From: the human T2T-CHM13v2.0 reference genome, Homo sapiens
Strand: one strand, 5' to 3'
NCBI RefSeq assembly: GCF_009914755.1
Contig: NC_060927.1
DNA: 64,000 bases
Shown here: positions 26,797 to 43,739 of the stretch, piece after piece
Numbering within the stretch: position 1 is the first letter of the stretch
How the letters are laid out: each line of letters begins with the position of its first letter
The notes under the pieces: generated by a model
What the model was told of the DNA's origin: nothing
What the model saw: only the letters and a program-made list of their open reading frames with translations
Databases searched by the model: none
Program-made: the position numbers and the translations under genes

Positions 26797-27845
26797 GATC
26801 CCATTCCAAGATGGCTGAATAGGAACAGCTCTGGTCTGCAGCTCCCAGTGTGATCAACTCAGAAGACGGGTGATATCTGCATTTCCAACTGAGGTACCTG
26901 GTTCATCTAATTGGGACTGGTTGGACAGTGGGTGCAGCCCATGGTGGGTGAGCTGAAGCAGGGCAGGGCGTTGCCTTACCCAGGAAGCACAAGGGGTTGG
27001 AGGATTTCCCTTTCCTAGCCAAGAGAAGCCATGACAGACTGTACCTGGAAAAACAGGACACTTCCACCCAAATACTGCACTTTTCTCACAGTCTTAGCAA
27101 CCGGCAGACCAGGAGATTTTCTCCCATGCCTAGCTCTGTAGGTTCAATACCAACGGAGCCTTGCTCACTGCTAGTCTGAGATCGACCTGCGAGGTCTGAG
27201 ATCTACCTGCGAGGCGGCAGCCTGGCAGGGGGAGAGGCATCTGCCATTGCTGAGGCTTGAGTAGGTAAACAAAGTAGCCAGGAAGCTTGAACTGGGCAGA
27301 GGACACCACAGCTCAGCAAGGCCTACTGCCTCTATAGACTCCACCTCTGTGGGCAGGGCATAGCTGAACAAAAGGCAGCAGAAACTTCTGCAGACTTAAA
27401 CGTCCCTGCCTGACAGCTCTGAAGAAAGCAGTGGTTCTCCTGGCATGATGTTTGAGCTCTGAGAACAGACAGACTGCCTCCTCAAGTGGGTCCTTGATCC
27501 CCATGTAGCCTAACTGGGAGACACCTCCCAGTAGGGGCTGATAGACACCTCATATAGGCAGCTTCCCCTCTGGGATGAAGCTTCCAGAGGAAGGACCAGG
27601 CAACAATATTTCCTGTTCTGCAATATTTGCTGTTCTGCAGCCTCCGCTGTTGATATCCAGGCAAACAGGGTCTGGAGTGGACCTCCAGCAAACTCCAACA
27701 GACCTGCAGCTGAGGTTCCTGACTGTTAGAAGGGAAACTAACAATTAGAAAGGAATAGCATCAACATCAAAAAAAGGACATCCACACCAAAACCCCATCT
27801 GCAGGTCACCAACATCAAAGACCAAAGGTAGATAAAACCACAAAG
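26797..27845 (+). promoter_or_regulatory. L1 5'UTR internal promoter (YY1 site caagatggc 26807-26815); CpG-depleted
   Basis: YY1 core at the canonical position; many CpG to TpG/CpA changes; activity not inferable from sequence. Confidence 0.6.
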
Positions 27846-28871
27846 ATGGGGAGAAACCAGAGCAGAAGAGCTGAAAATTCTAAAAACCAGAGCACCGCTT
27901 CTCCTCAAAAGAATCACAGCTCCTCACCAGCAATGGAACAAAGCTGAATGGAGAATGACTTTGATGAGTTGACAGAAGTAGGCTTCAGAAGGTTCGTAAT
28001 AACAAACTCCTCCAAGCTAAAGGAGCATGTTCTAACCCATCACAAGGAAGCTAAAAACCTTGACAAAATGTTAGATGAATGGCTAACTAGAATAAACAGT
28101 GTAAAGAAGACGTTAAATGGCCTGATGGAGCTGAAAACCATGGCACGAGAACTTCGTGATGCATGCACAAGCTTCAGTAGCCGATTCGATCAAGTGGAAG
28201 AAGGAATATCAATGACTGAAGATCAAATTCATGAAATAAAACGAGAAGACAAGTTTAGAGGAAAAAGAGTAAAAAGAAATGAACAAAGCCTCCAAGAAAC
28301 ATGGGACTATGTGAAAAGACCAAAACTATGTTTGATTGGTGTACCTGAAAGTGACGGGGAGAATGGAACCAAGTTGAAAAACACTCTTCAGGATATTATC
28401 CAAGAGAACTTCCCCAACCTAGCAAGACAGGCCCACATTCAAATTCAGGAAATACAGAGAACACCACAAAGATACTCCTTGAGAAGAGCAACCCCAAGAC
28501 ACATTATTGTCAGATTCATCAAGATTGGAATGAAGGAAAAAATGTTAAGGGCAGCCAGAGAGGAAGGTCGGGTTACCCACAAAGGGAAGCCCATCAGACT
28601 AACAGCGGATCTCTTGGCAGAAACCCTACAAGCCAAAAGAGAGTGGGGGTCAATATTCAACATTCTTAAAGAAAAGAATTTTCAACTCAGAATCTCATAT
28701 CCAGTCAAACTAAGCTTCATAAGTGAAGGAGAAATAAAATCCTTTACAGACAAGCAAATGCTGAGAGATTTTGTCACCACCAGGCCTGACTTACAAGAAC
28801 TCCTGAAGGAAGCACTAAACATGTAAAGGAACAACCAGTACCAGCCACTGCAAAAACATGCCAAATAGTAA
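27846..28871 (+). pseudogene. L1 ORF1p (RNA-binding chaperone), disrupted; 292-aa open remnant at 27948-28826
   Basis: ATG at 27846; in-frame stops TGA 27945-27947, TAA 28824-28826 and TAG 28866-28868; peptide RIS YPVKLSF-type and RDFVTTRP C-terminal motifs, KRNEQSLQETWDYVKRP. Confidence 0.93.
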
Positions 28872-28934
28872 AGACCATTGATGCTATGAAGAAACTGCAT
28901 CAATTAATGGGCAAAATAACCAGCTAACTTCATA

Positions 28935-32755
<3,821 letters not shown>

Positions 32756-33058
32756 ACAATGAGAACACTTGGACACAGGGTGGGGAACATCACACACCAG
32801 GGCCTGGTTGGGGGTTGGGAACTGGGGGAGGGATAGCATTAGGAGAAATACCTAATATAAATGCTGAGTTGATGAGTGCAGCAAACCAACATGGCACATG
32901 TATACCTATGTAACAAACCTGCAGGTTGTGCACATGTACCCTAGAACTTAAGGTATAATAATAAAAGAAAAAACTTGCAAAAAAAACCTCGCAACATTAC
33001 TATAATGTATTTAACACGATATTCTTTTGATAAATATTTTTAAACATGGAAATGATAA

Positions 33059-33413
<355 letters not shown>

Positions 33414-33934
33414 TAAAGTGTGTAATTCATAAATACCACAATTGTGATAACAGTTACTCAGCAGGGGACAAGCACTGGGGGAAAAGAAGGACACTATGCC
33501 TAAAGAGGGGTACACAGAGGATTTCAATTGTATTTATAATGTCTTATTTCTTCAGGTGGGTTGTGGATACACAGTTTTTTATGCTTTTATTTTGTATTCT
33601 TTATGATTTTAACCTGCCAAAAATACTTAGGTATATACCATATATTTTTAAAATATCTCCTATCTAATCTCTCCATTCTAGACTCTGCTCACCTCAAACC
33701 ATCTTGAACATTGGCTAGACTAATCTTTCTAAAATACCATTTTGCTTTGTCTTCTATTTTCAAGGCTCTGGCAATTCTATGTCACCTATAAAATAAACAA
33801 ACTTCACATGTTTTAGTGTGCTATTTAAAGCCCCCAAAGAACTTGGAACCATCCCTGTCTCCATCTTCCTTAGTTCTTTTCCTGAAATATCCTCTTTTCC
33901 TGCCTGCTTACTTAAGTCTTAATCTTCCCTTTAG

Positions 33935-34330
<396 letters not shown>

Positions 34331-34546
34331 TAACTACAGCTATTCCCCTACATATACTCTTGGGCCTCTTTCCTCCTGTATCCTCAGGGAACATGTTCTA
34401 TCAATTTGCCTGCTTTCTTTTAACTTGCTTTGTCTTCTGCATTCCTTTGTCTCCTATAAAACCCCCTTTATCAAGTCTTTCCTCCCCAGTCAAACCTGAG
34501 GGTTGAACATCCACCAGTTTGCATTCTCCCTATATTTTTTAGGTAC

Positions 34547-35005
34547 TGTCAAGAATGGTGAAAAGTCAAAGATTTTGCCCAGCTTGTAAGCCAGGAAGTT
34601 AGCCTGCCACAGTTTGACAGATATTGGCAAAAGGCAAGAGATTCACAGGTTAGAGACAAAGTATTATTCCCTCACCACAAAAGCAGTAATCAGAACATCA
34701 GCATTTTCTTATACTGGTTCCCAAAGCCCTAGTTCCTGTAAGATGATGCAGAAGGTCATGTGAGATCTGCACACACAGTGGGTTATACTACAGAAGAGAA
34801 ATCCTGAGCCTAAGGAACCTGAAGGTTTTATAATGATCAGTAAGCACCCTTGCCCTTTCCTTTGGACGGACATATTATCTTTCTCTTCCAAGGCTGTTGG
34901 CCATACAAACTTCCTTAAAAAGATATATCTGAAAAAAGACAATCAGTGCCTCTGCTCAAGAGACATGGAGAAATTTGATACCCATGGAGAACTGTTTTCC
35001 AAAAG
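34547..35005 (-). mobile_element. MER89/MER90-like ERV1 solo LTR
   Basis: 'tgtcaagaa...aagttagcctgccacagttt', 'cttccaaggctgtt', 'cagtgcctctgctc...cccatggagaa'. Confidence 0.6.
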
Positions 35006-35049
35006 TTACTAGTCCTCTTGCCCTTACTACAGTGTAAAATCCTTAAGAA

Positions 35050-35241
35050 CAGGATTTGGCAAACATTTTATTAAAGAGTCAAATGGTAAATACTTTAGGC
35101 CTGTAGACTACACAGTTTCTGCCATTGTAGCTCAAAAGAAGCCATAAACAATTGTAAAATAATGGGTGTGACTATATTCCAATACACATTTAGTTACAAA
35201 AACAGGAGGCTGGCCCATGGGTCATTGTATATTGACCCCTG
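35050..35241 (+). mobile_element. MER58A hAT-Charlie MITE with perfect 8-bp TSD
   Basis: Ends cagg.../...cccctg; TSD cttaagaa at 35042-35049 and 35242-35249. Confidence 0.85.
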
Positions 35242-35325
35242 CTTAAGAACATCAGAACATTTTATTTATGTGCCACACACTATTGTAGATGCAGACGATA
35301 TCTCAGTGAATAAAACAGATGAAAC

Positions 35326-36026
35326 TGAAACTGGAGAGTTCCCCAACCCCACTTGCAGGGAGTGCAACAGGGGTGTGCCTTGTCTGTTCAGCTGCTGTGC
35401 ATGCTCAAACCCCTTACAGGAGGGGGAGCATGCAGACGGGCAAGTGCAAGAGCCAGGCTGAGTTTAGGGGTGGGTGCCTATGACTCCTTAAGCCCCAGTG
35501 GACATGCTACAGTGCTCTTTTAGCTCTGCCATCTGCAGATGGCTTAAGTGTTAACCAGCTCAGTGCCCTCTTGGTACCTGGGTTCTTGTCCGGAGACCAG
35601 GAAGAATCAGGTTGCATGCAGACTTGAAGGATGAATGTGGGGGTTTTATTGAGTGGTGGAGGTGGCTCTCAGCAGGAAGGATGGGGAACTGGAAAAGGGA
35701 TGGAGTGGGAAGATAATCTTCCCCTGGAGTTTGGCCACCCAGTGGCCAGTCTCCTCTCTGACTGTCCCCAGCCTCTTCTCTCCTTCTCCGCCATGCCATT
35801 CTGCTGCTCTTCTGCTCTTCTGTTTGTCTACTAATGGAACCTGGGGTTTGGTATTTATATGGGTACAGGACAGGGGTGTGTGGCAGGCCAAAATGCAACT
35901 TTTGGGCACAAAAAACAGAAATGCCTGTTCCCATTTAGGGCTGCAGGTTGCCAGGCTCCAGGTTGGGGCCTTTGCCAGGGAACCCCTCTCTTATACCCAG
36001 TATTTCCCTGTCTCCTGTCTATATCA
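35326..36026 (-). mobile_element. LTR1-family ERV1 solo LTR inserted in L2
   Basis: TG...CA ends; reverse strand starts tgatatagacaggagacagggaaatactgggt; 4-bp TSD aaac (35322-35325, 36027-36030). Confidence 0.8.
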
Positions 36027-36030
36027 AAAC

Positions 36031-36750
36031 CACCTCATCAACCACATATTCTACTGGAAGAACACAGCAACAAACAATAAATTAGTAAAACATTATAAGA
36101 TGGTAAGTGCTATGGGGAAAAATTAAGCAGAAAAGGAGGATGATACTGAGGGAAGTAAATTTTAGATAACAGGTCAGGAAAGGCATCAGTTGGAAGGCGA
36201 CATAAGTGAAAAGATCAAGGGAGTGGTGATATCTGGTGATATCTATGAGAAAAGCATTCCAAGCAAAGGGAGCACATGCAAATATCCTGGGAAGACAGAA
36301 CTTTGGGACTGTTGGAGGAACAGTAAGAAGGCTACAGTGCTGAGGCAGAGCTAGCAGGAGGATGGTAAGAGATGTGCTTGGAGAGGTAACTGGAGGATTG
36401 AACAAAGGAGCAACCTGTGTTGACTTGTATTTTTAAATGCAAATCTGTTGCTTTGGGAATAGTTTGAACTAGGGCAAGGGTGGAAGCAGGAAGGTAATTC
36501 AGGATGACTTTAAACTAATCAAGGCAGACGTGATTGCTCAGACCAGAGTAATAGCAGTCACATTCTGAATACATTTGAACATAGAGCCAATAGAATTTTC
36601 TGGTAGGTTAGATGTGGCGTGGGAGAGAAAGAGTGGAGTCAAGGACTATAGCAAAGTGTTTAGCCTGAGCTACTAGAAGAATGAAGTAGCCACTAAGTGA
36701 AATCAGAACACTGAGAGAGGAGCAGATCTAGGGACAGATCAGGAGTTCTG
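36031..36750 (-). mobile_element. L2a LINE (continues from ~35250-35325)
   Basis: 'ggtaagtgctatggggaaaaattaagcag', 'agcattccaagcaaagggagc', 'ggagtcaaggac'. Confidence 0.75.
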
Positions 36751-38019
36751 CCTCAGAATTTTAAGTGGATACTCCATACATGTGTTGGGGATAATAAGCT
36801 ACCTACTTAACAAATCTGCCTAAGGCCAGCCCTGCAGCCCAGAAGTGTGTATCAGGAAACTCTAAATGCTAATAGCCAGCATCCTTCTCTCCTATCTACA
36901 GAGTCTGGCCCACGGCCTCTGTAGATGGGTCAGCTGGAACATTAATTCAGATTGCTTCTCTGGCCAAATAGACACAGAATGATGACAAGGGTCCTTTGTC
37001 TAGACTTCATCTGATGAAGGACAAATCCAGCAAATGAAGAAAAGGTTGTCTGTCTATCAAAATGCATATTCATTAAACTCTTTATCAACTGTCAGCCCAA
37101 GAGGGAGAATGACAGATTTTTAACAAGATAATTTGAGGAACACTCCCTACACATATTGAAGTAAATTGTCCCTCTTGTATCTGGGCTGGTGCCAGCAGTC
37201 ACTGTCCACATCTTGAATTCTCCCCCAGGCTTCTTCACAGGGTCAACTGAGGAGTCCTCATGCACTGTTTAAAAATCAATGTACAAAGCTCATTCAGGGA
37301 ATGAGGGTTTCTCACTCTGAAAGTGAAAGAATCACAACCCTACAGCTGTGCTCCCTTCAGCCCCAGCTCTCCTACCCCACTAGGTGAAAAAACTCAGAAT
37401 AAAAGGCAGCTTTACTGTCTTTTTTTAAGCAAAAGCAAAGCCCTGCCTAGTAGATGTAAACAAAAGAGTGAACATACACCTAATTTCACTCTGTTATGCA
37501 ATCTTAAGCAATTTTACTCATATCTTCAGTATTTCTCACATAGGAGCAGCAGGAATAACAGTGGAAATCATTCCTACATGCAGAATCCTTTCCTCTCTCA
37601 GGTCTCAAGGTTAAAGGAGGTCAATGTGGCTAGTTACTACAGTAAGGCACTGTTTCAGTCAAAAGATCAGATGCCTCTAAGATATTTGAAGAGGGACAGT
37701 GTATTCATCCAGAGTGGAAGGAATAAAACCTCCTTGACATACAAGGGAGATATTTGCCCAGAATTTGACAGAAGTATAATAGTACTCAACTCAGGAGAGA
37801 ACTAAGTTGACAGTTTTAGAATTGAAGACAGAGAGAGAATGGACAGAAGAGAAAGGAAAGTTCAGTAAGTGTGAAGGAACAAAGACAGACTTGTTTCTTG
37901 AGAATAGAAACCTTCAGAGCTCTGCCATAGGATGTCTGCACAAAATGTGGGTGATTGGCCCAGACAGAGAGGTAATATGTGTACCTTAAAAACATTAAGA
38001 TTGAAATTTGAAGTTTACT

Positions 38020-38575
38020 GTTATCCATTGCTTATGTTTTGCTGCAAGTAACAGAATTTCTGATTAAAAGTGACAATAATGAGGATTCACTATCTTAAAA
38101 ATCAAGAAATCCAGGGTTGGGGGATTTAAGGGTTGGTACAGCAGATTCACAATGTCAACAAGAACCTTGGTTTAAGCGGCTTTTCTGCTCTATTGACATT
38201 CATGTGTTGTTGATTTCCCGCCTCATTATTACAAGCTAGCTTCAGCAACTCTTGTACCCCAGCCTCACAAAACAGTATCTCAAAAAGCAAGAAAGTGGAT
38301 TGGAGCATAAAGGGTATAAGCTCACGTGGCTCTGTATTTTAATGGTGGTAGTAAAGAAGGAGGGATAATTCTAGTTTCCCAGAAGACTTCTTCATGTATC
38401 CTATTGACTAAATCTAGGTTATCTGTCAGAGGAAATAGGATTGTTCTATTTGGCTTATGTTAATTAAGATCTCATTGCCTTGGGGTGAGTACATTGCTGC
38501 AAGAATAAAATTGAGGTCTTATTAGCAAGAAAAGGAATATATTTGTTAGGTAGAAAACCAAGACTCTCTCCTACA
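38020..38575 (-). mobile_element. Ancient MLT1 (L/M/N-like) LTR
   Basis: 'gctgcaagtaacagaa', 'aagaaatccagg', 'ttccccagaagacttc...ctattgact'. Confidence 0.5.
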
Positions 38576-38689
38576 TTTAGTTTCTCACATTTCCCATAGC
38601 GTATCTTAAAAATTACTTCTAGGGGTAAAATCTTTTACAGGAGGAAAGGTTTGAAGAACTGAAACTCAGATGTCTAAGAAAAAAAAAAT

Positions 38690-40337
38690 AGAGTGAAATA
38701 AAACTTCTATCTCTGGTGAGATGGCCTAGGTAGTTGAGATGAAACACCCAAGAGAAATAGCAACTTTAAAAACTGGACAAATTATTAAAATCATCTTTTT
38801 CAAACTATCTGAGAGCTAGCAAAACAATAATCAATTATAAGGCCAGAAACTAGAAGCTTATGCGTCAGGGCTCTTCAGAGAAACAGAACCAAAAGGAGAC
38901 ATAAATAGAGACATGTATTTAAGAAATTGGCTTATACTAAAAATTAATAGATTAGTTTAATAGTAAATCTGATACAACTGATTAGAGAATTAATCAACTG
39001 GAAGTTAGCTCAGAAGAAAATATCCTGAATGAAGTAAGAAACAGAAGAAGATGGGAAATATAGGAGAAATTATGCAAAATAGAGAAAATACAGAGAGAAA
39101 ATATTGATTGAGTGTAATTAAAATCCTAGAAGAAAGGAGAGAGAGAATATGCAAAAGCAATATTTGAAATGATAATGGCTAAGAATTTTCCAAAACAAAT
39201 GAGAAATATTAAACCACAGATGCATGAAGCAATATAAATAGTAAGTAGAATAAATAAGAAAATTACACCTACACACAGCATGGTAAAATTGCTAAAACCC
39301 AAAGATAAAGATAAATTCTTAAAAGTAGCTAGAGAAAAATGACAAAATACTTTCAAAAAGTAACAGTAATATAAAATCTGACTTCTCAATGGAAAAAAAA
39401 ATGTATCTTCAAATTTCTGAAAAAAATAATTGCAAAGCAAGAATTGCATAACAAGTAAAATGAAAATGAAATAAAGACATGCATTAGTCCATTCTCACCC
39501 TGCTATAAAAAAATGCCCAAGACTGGGTAATTTAGAAAGGAAAGGCAGTTCTGCATGGCTGGGGAGGTCTCAGGAAACTTACAATCATGGCAGAAGGCAA
39601 AGGAGAAGCAAAGCACCTTCTTCACAAGGCAACAGAATGCAGCAGGAACTACCAAACACTTATAAAACCATCACATCTTATGAGAACTCACTCACTATTA
39701 TAAGAACAGTATGGGGGAAACTGCCCCCGTGATTCAACTACCTCTGCCTAGTCTCTCCCCTTACACGTGGGATTTATGGGGATTACAATTCAAGATGAGA
39801 CTTTGGCTGAGGACATAGCCAAACCATCTCAGACATGTTCACACAAATAAAAACTAAGAGAATTGTCAACATTACTTGTTCACTAAAGGAAATACTAAAA
39901 GAAAGGAATATATGGACAAATCTACTTATTGGCCAAAATATGAGTAATGCCTGTGAGTTTTACTCATAGAGAATTAAAATACTTGAAACCAAAGCATATA
40001 GGTTGGAAAGGAGAACAAAGGTAAAACAAAACTTGTAAGTTCTTGCATTTTGCAGAAAGAGATGAAAGTCCTGATTTGCATTAGACATCAATAAATTGAG
40101 AAAATATGTAATATGTAAGATAACCACTAAAAAATAGTAAGAAAGTACATATCACCTACTAAATGAGGTAAAATGCAATAACAAAAATAACCATTTCAAA
40201 AAGGGACATTTCTTTGTCATTCATCATGTAAACAAAATGAAGGAGATAAAGCATATGATCATCTCAAAAAAACTTAGCAAAAAGTATTTGATAACTTTTA
40301 GTATCTATTTATGAAGAAAAAAACCTCATCCAACTGG
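38690..40337 (+). mobile_element. Old L1M ORF1/ORF2-region fragments, interrupted by THE1D and MER4A
   Basis: 'gcaatatttgaaatgataatggctaagaattttccaaaa', 'catatgatcatctcaa'; resumes 'aaatagaa' after the MER4A TSD. Confidence 0.65.
39480..39831 (-). mobile_element. THE1D MaLR solo LTR
   Basis: 'gcaccttcttcacaaggc', 'ggaactaccaaacacttataaaaccatca', 'ggattacaattcaagatgag'; flanked by gaca. Confidence 0.85.
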
Positions 40338-40864
40338 TGTCAGTCAAGGAAAATACCAAGGCAAGTCTCAATCATTTAAGGAGGTTTCTTTGCCAAAGCT
40401 AAGGTTGCATGCCCAGAAGACAGGTCTATGCGCTTCTCCAAAGATGATTTTGAGGGCTTCAGTACTTAAAGGGAAAAGGGTGGGATATTGAAAAATACTT
40501 AATTTTCATGTGAGAAGGGAGCAGGGGAAAACAGTCATTCATGCCTTTATCTGGCTCAGTGAATCTGCATTTTTACACAAGATAACATAGTCAATAGGCC
40601 AGAAGAAACAATAAGATATGCATTTGGCACAGGTAGGCAGAGGGAGGACTTTCAGTTTTGTGAAGATAAGCTATGAATTTACATTGCCACGATGAACTTT
40701 AACAGAAATGCTTTAGGGTAAAGATCTTGGGGCCCACAAGGAATTTCCTTTTGGGCAAAACATGAGGGAGGTATGTAGTTTTCCATCTTTGTAGCCATCT
40801 TATTTAGGAAACAAAATGGGAGGCAGGTTTGCATGACCCAGTTCCCAGCTTGCCTTTTCCCTTT

Positions 40865-41483
40865 TGTTACTGGAAAGCAGTCCAATCCAGACCTCAAGAC
40901 AGGGTTCTTGGATCTCGCGCAAGAAAGAATTTGAGGCAAGTCCAGAGACTAAAGTGAAAGCAAGTTTATTAAGAAAGTAAAGGAATAAAAGTATGGCTAT
41001 TCCACAGGTAGAGCAGCCCCAAGGGCTGCTGGTTGCCATTTTTATGGTTATTTCTTGATTATATGCCAAACAAGGGGAGGATTATTCATGGAAAAGGGGT
41101 GGGCAATTCCTGGAACTGAGGGTTGCTCCCCTTTTTAAACCATATAGGGTAAATCCTGACATTGCCATGGCATTTGTAAACTGTCAAGGTGCTGGTGGGA
41201 GTGTCTTTTAGCATGCTAATGCACTATAATTAGCATATGATGAACAGTGAGGACAACCAGAGGTTACTCTTGTGGCCATCTTGGTTTTGGGTTTTAGCCA
41301 GCTTCTTTTCTGCAGCCTGTTTTATCAGCAAGGTCTTTATGACCTGTATCTTGTGCTGACCTCCTATTTCACCCTGTGACTTAGAATGCCTAACCTCCTG
41401 GGAATGCAGCTCAGTAGGTCTCAGCCCTATTTTACCCAGCCTCTATACAAGGTAGAGTTGCTCTCGTTTAAAAGTCTCTGACA
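40865..41483 (-). mobile_element. MER41B ERV1 solo LTR
   Basis: Reverse strand tgtcagag...ggctgggtaaaat...caagatacaggtcataaagaccttgctgataaaacagg...cagtaaca; 4-bp TSD cttt (40861-40864, 41484-41487). Confidence 0.9.
41085..41115. promoter_or_regulatory. Tandem GAS (STAT) motifs TTCATGGAA and TTCCTGGAA in MER41B
   Basis: Both fit TTCNNNGAA, at the position of the tandem GAS sites known in MER41B. Confidence 0.5.
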
Positions 41484-41544
41484 CTTTGGCTTTGTGAGTC
41501 TAGGGTCCCAAGATTTATTTTCTTTTCACACTGGAAATAGAACT

Positions 41545-43530
41545 TTTTGAAAAGTTTCGTTGAAGTAAAATAAACATACACATTTTGAAAGCCAATGATT
41601 TTATAAGTTTTAACATGCGTATATCCCTGTGAAACTATCATCACAATTCAGATAATATGCATATCCATCATCACCAAGAAACTCCTTGAATTCCTTTGTA
41701 ATTCCTCTTTTCTGCCCCATCTCAGAGCCACCCCAAGCCCCAGTGAAATATTGTTTTGCTTTTGGTTATTATCATTTTGTTTGCATTTTTTTAGAATTAT
41801 GCAAATGGAATCATATAGACTGTACTATTTTTTTGTCTGGCTTGTTTCACTCAGCCTAATTATTTTGAGGATCATTCATGTTGTTTTATGTATTGTGGGT
41901 GTTCAGTCAAGATGGTGGGAGAAATTGTAAAATTACAGGAAATAAACACAAACCGTCTTGGAAGGCCTGGAGGTTTGCATAAACTGTTTGGCTGAAGGCA
42001 GCTGAATCCACTTAATAGCTAAAGGTGCAGACACAAAGGAATGTAGAATAGTTTATCTAAATAGCTTGTTTAGTCATGTGGTCCTAAGACCAACCTTTGA
42101 CGCAGGTACATAATTGCTCTCTACTTGGGGGGTTGGCAACCAGGTCAATTACCCTCTAGTGGTGTTTACTCAAGACCTTTATCACTTAATCTATACTGAA
42201 TAAATGCAATCTTCTCTGGCCAAACAGGGCCATGGCTGCTACTCTTTACAGCACCTTCTTTGGTGTCTGTGAGGAGTCCAGACCCTTAGCTAAACTGACA
42301 GGCAGAATATCTGTGTCAGTGTACAGTATTCATCTGTTATTGAGTCAGGGTCTGCGGGATGAACCCTGCAATGTATCAACAGTTCATTCCTTTTAACTGC
42401 TGAGTGGTATTCTATTGTATGGGTATACCATATTCATTTGTGTATTCACTTGTTGAATGGACCTTTAGATTGTTTCCAGTTTGGCTGATTACAAATAAAA
42501 CCACTACGAACATTTGTGTGCAAGCCTTTGTAAAAATATAGGCTTTTATTTCTCTTGGGTATATACCTAAGAGTAGAATGGCTGGGCCACATGGTAAGTA
42601 ATATTTAACTTTTTATGAAATTGCCAAACTGTTTTTCTAAATTAATTCCACCATTTTACATTCTCACCAGCAGTGTGTGAGAATTCCATTTTCTTCACAT
42701 TTTTACCAACACTTGATTATTTTAAAATTTTTTATTTTAGCCTTTCTAATAGGTATGTAGTGGTTTTAATTTCCCTAATGACTAAAAATGTTAAAAAAAT
42801 TTTATATGCGCTTATTTGCCACTCTTTTAACTTCTTTGGTAAAATAACTTTAAATCTGTGTACATTTTAAAATTTGGTTCTTCATATATTATTACTAAGT
42901 TTTGAGAGGTTTCAAAAATATATAGCCTCGGTACCATTCCTTTGTCAGATGTATGATGTGTAAATATTTTATACCAGTCTGTGCTTGTCTTTTAATTTTC
43001 TTACTTGTATAAAGAGTAGAAACTTTTAATTTTGATGAAGTTTAAGTTATTATTTTTTCTTTTAGAGATTGTGCATTGGTATCAAATCTAAGAAATTCTT
43101 GCTTAACACAAGATCACAAAGATTTTATCTTATTTTTTCTCTTAAAACTTTTATGTTTCAGATTTTATGCTTATGTCTATGATTCATTTATAATGTTTAT
43201 ATTTTTGCACATGAATATCCAATTGTTCCAGCACCATCAGTTGAAAAGACTATCCTTCCTCCAGTGAATTGCCTTTTTACCTAAGCCTTTGTCAAAAATA
43301 AGTTGTCCGTATATGTGTGGGTCTATTTATAGATTCAGTATTGTTTTCCACTGATCGTTTTGTCTCTCTTGATGCCAACACTGCATTGTTTTGATTACTG
43401 TAGCTCTATAATAAATCTGAATTTAGCCCTCCAAGCTTGTTCTTTTTTGGAATTGTTTTGGCCACACCAAGTCTTGTATATTTCTCTATTAAATTTCAAA
43501 TCAGCTTGTCAATTTGTATGAAAAATTCAG
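41545..43530 (-). mobile_element. L1MC/MD-like LINE-1 3' portion, interrupted by LTR22
   Basis: Reverse L1 motifs 'ccattttacattctcaccagcagtgtgtgaga', 'gttccagcaccatcagttgaaaagactatcc', 'cttgattactgtagct'-like. Confidence 0.85.
41894..42370 (+). mobile_element. LTR22-family (HERV-K HML-5) solo LTR
   Basis: tgtgggtgttcagtcaagatggtgggagaa...aataaa...gggtctgcgggatgaaccctgca; 6-bp TSD atgtat (41888-41893, 42371-42376). Confidence 0.8.
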
Positions 43531-43739
43531 TCAAATGTAGAATAAGTATTTAAGTGGCTACTTCAGATATTTAATTAAAGTGCCTGTACATGTAATGAGT
43601 AAAAAAATCTATTATCTCATTAACTCACTCTGTGGCTTTCATGCATTCATCTTATTCTGCACAAAATTCAAATGAGTGTTTCATCAAGTTTACAAATTAC
43701 TAGAGTAAACTGATAAGTGCTATTTATTGAGCAAATACT

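Larger units (their letters stand above)
40338..41530 (-). mobile_element. MER4A-like ERV1 solo LTR, interrupted by MER41B
   Basis: TG...CA ends; TSD ctgg (40334-40337, 41531-41534); 'ttctccaaagatgattttgagggcttc'. Confidence 0.8.

Noticed and set aside
27604-27637. 17-bp tandem repeat caatattt(c/g)ctgttctg in the L1 5'UTR
   Set aside because: As I recall, this is a normal feature of the L1PA6-type consensus.
32800-32833. G-quadruplex-like tract
   Set aside because: Standard L1 3'UTR polypurine tract.
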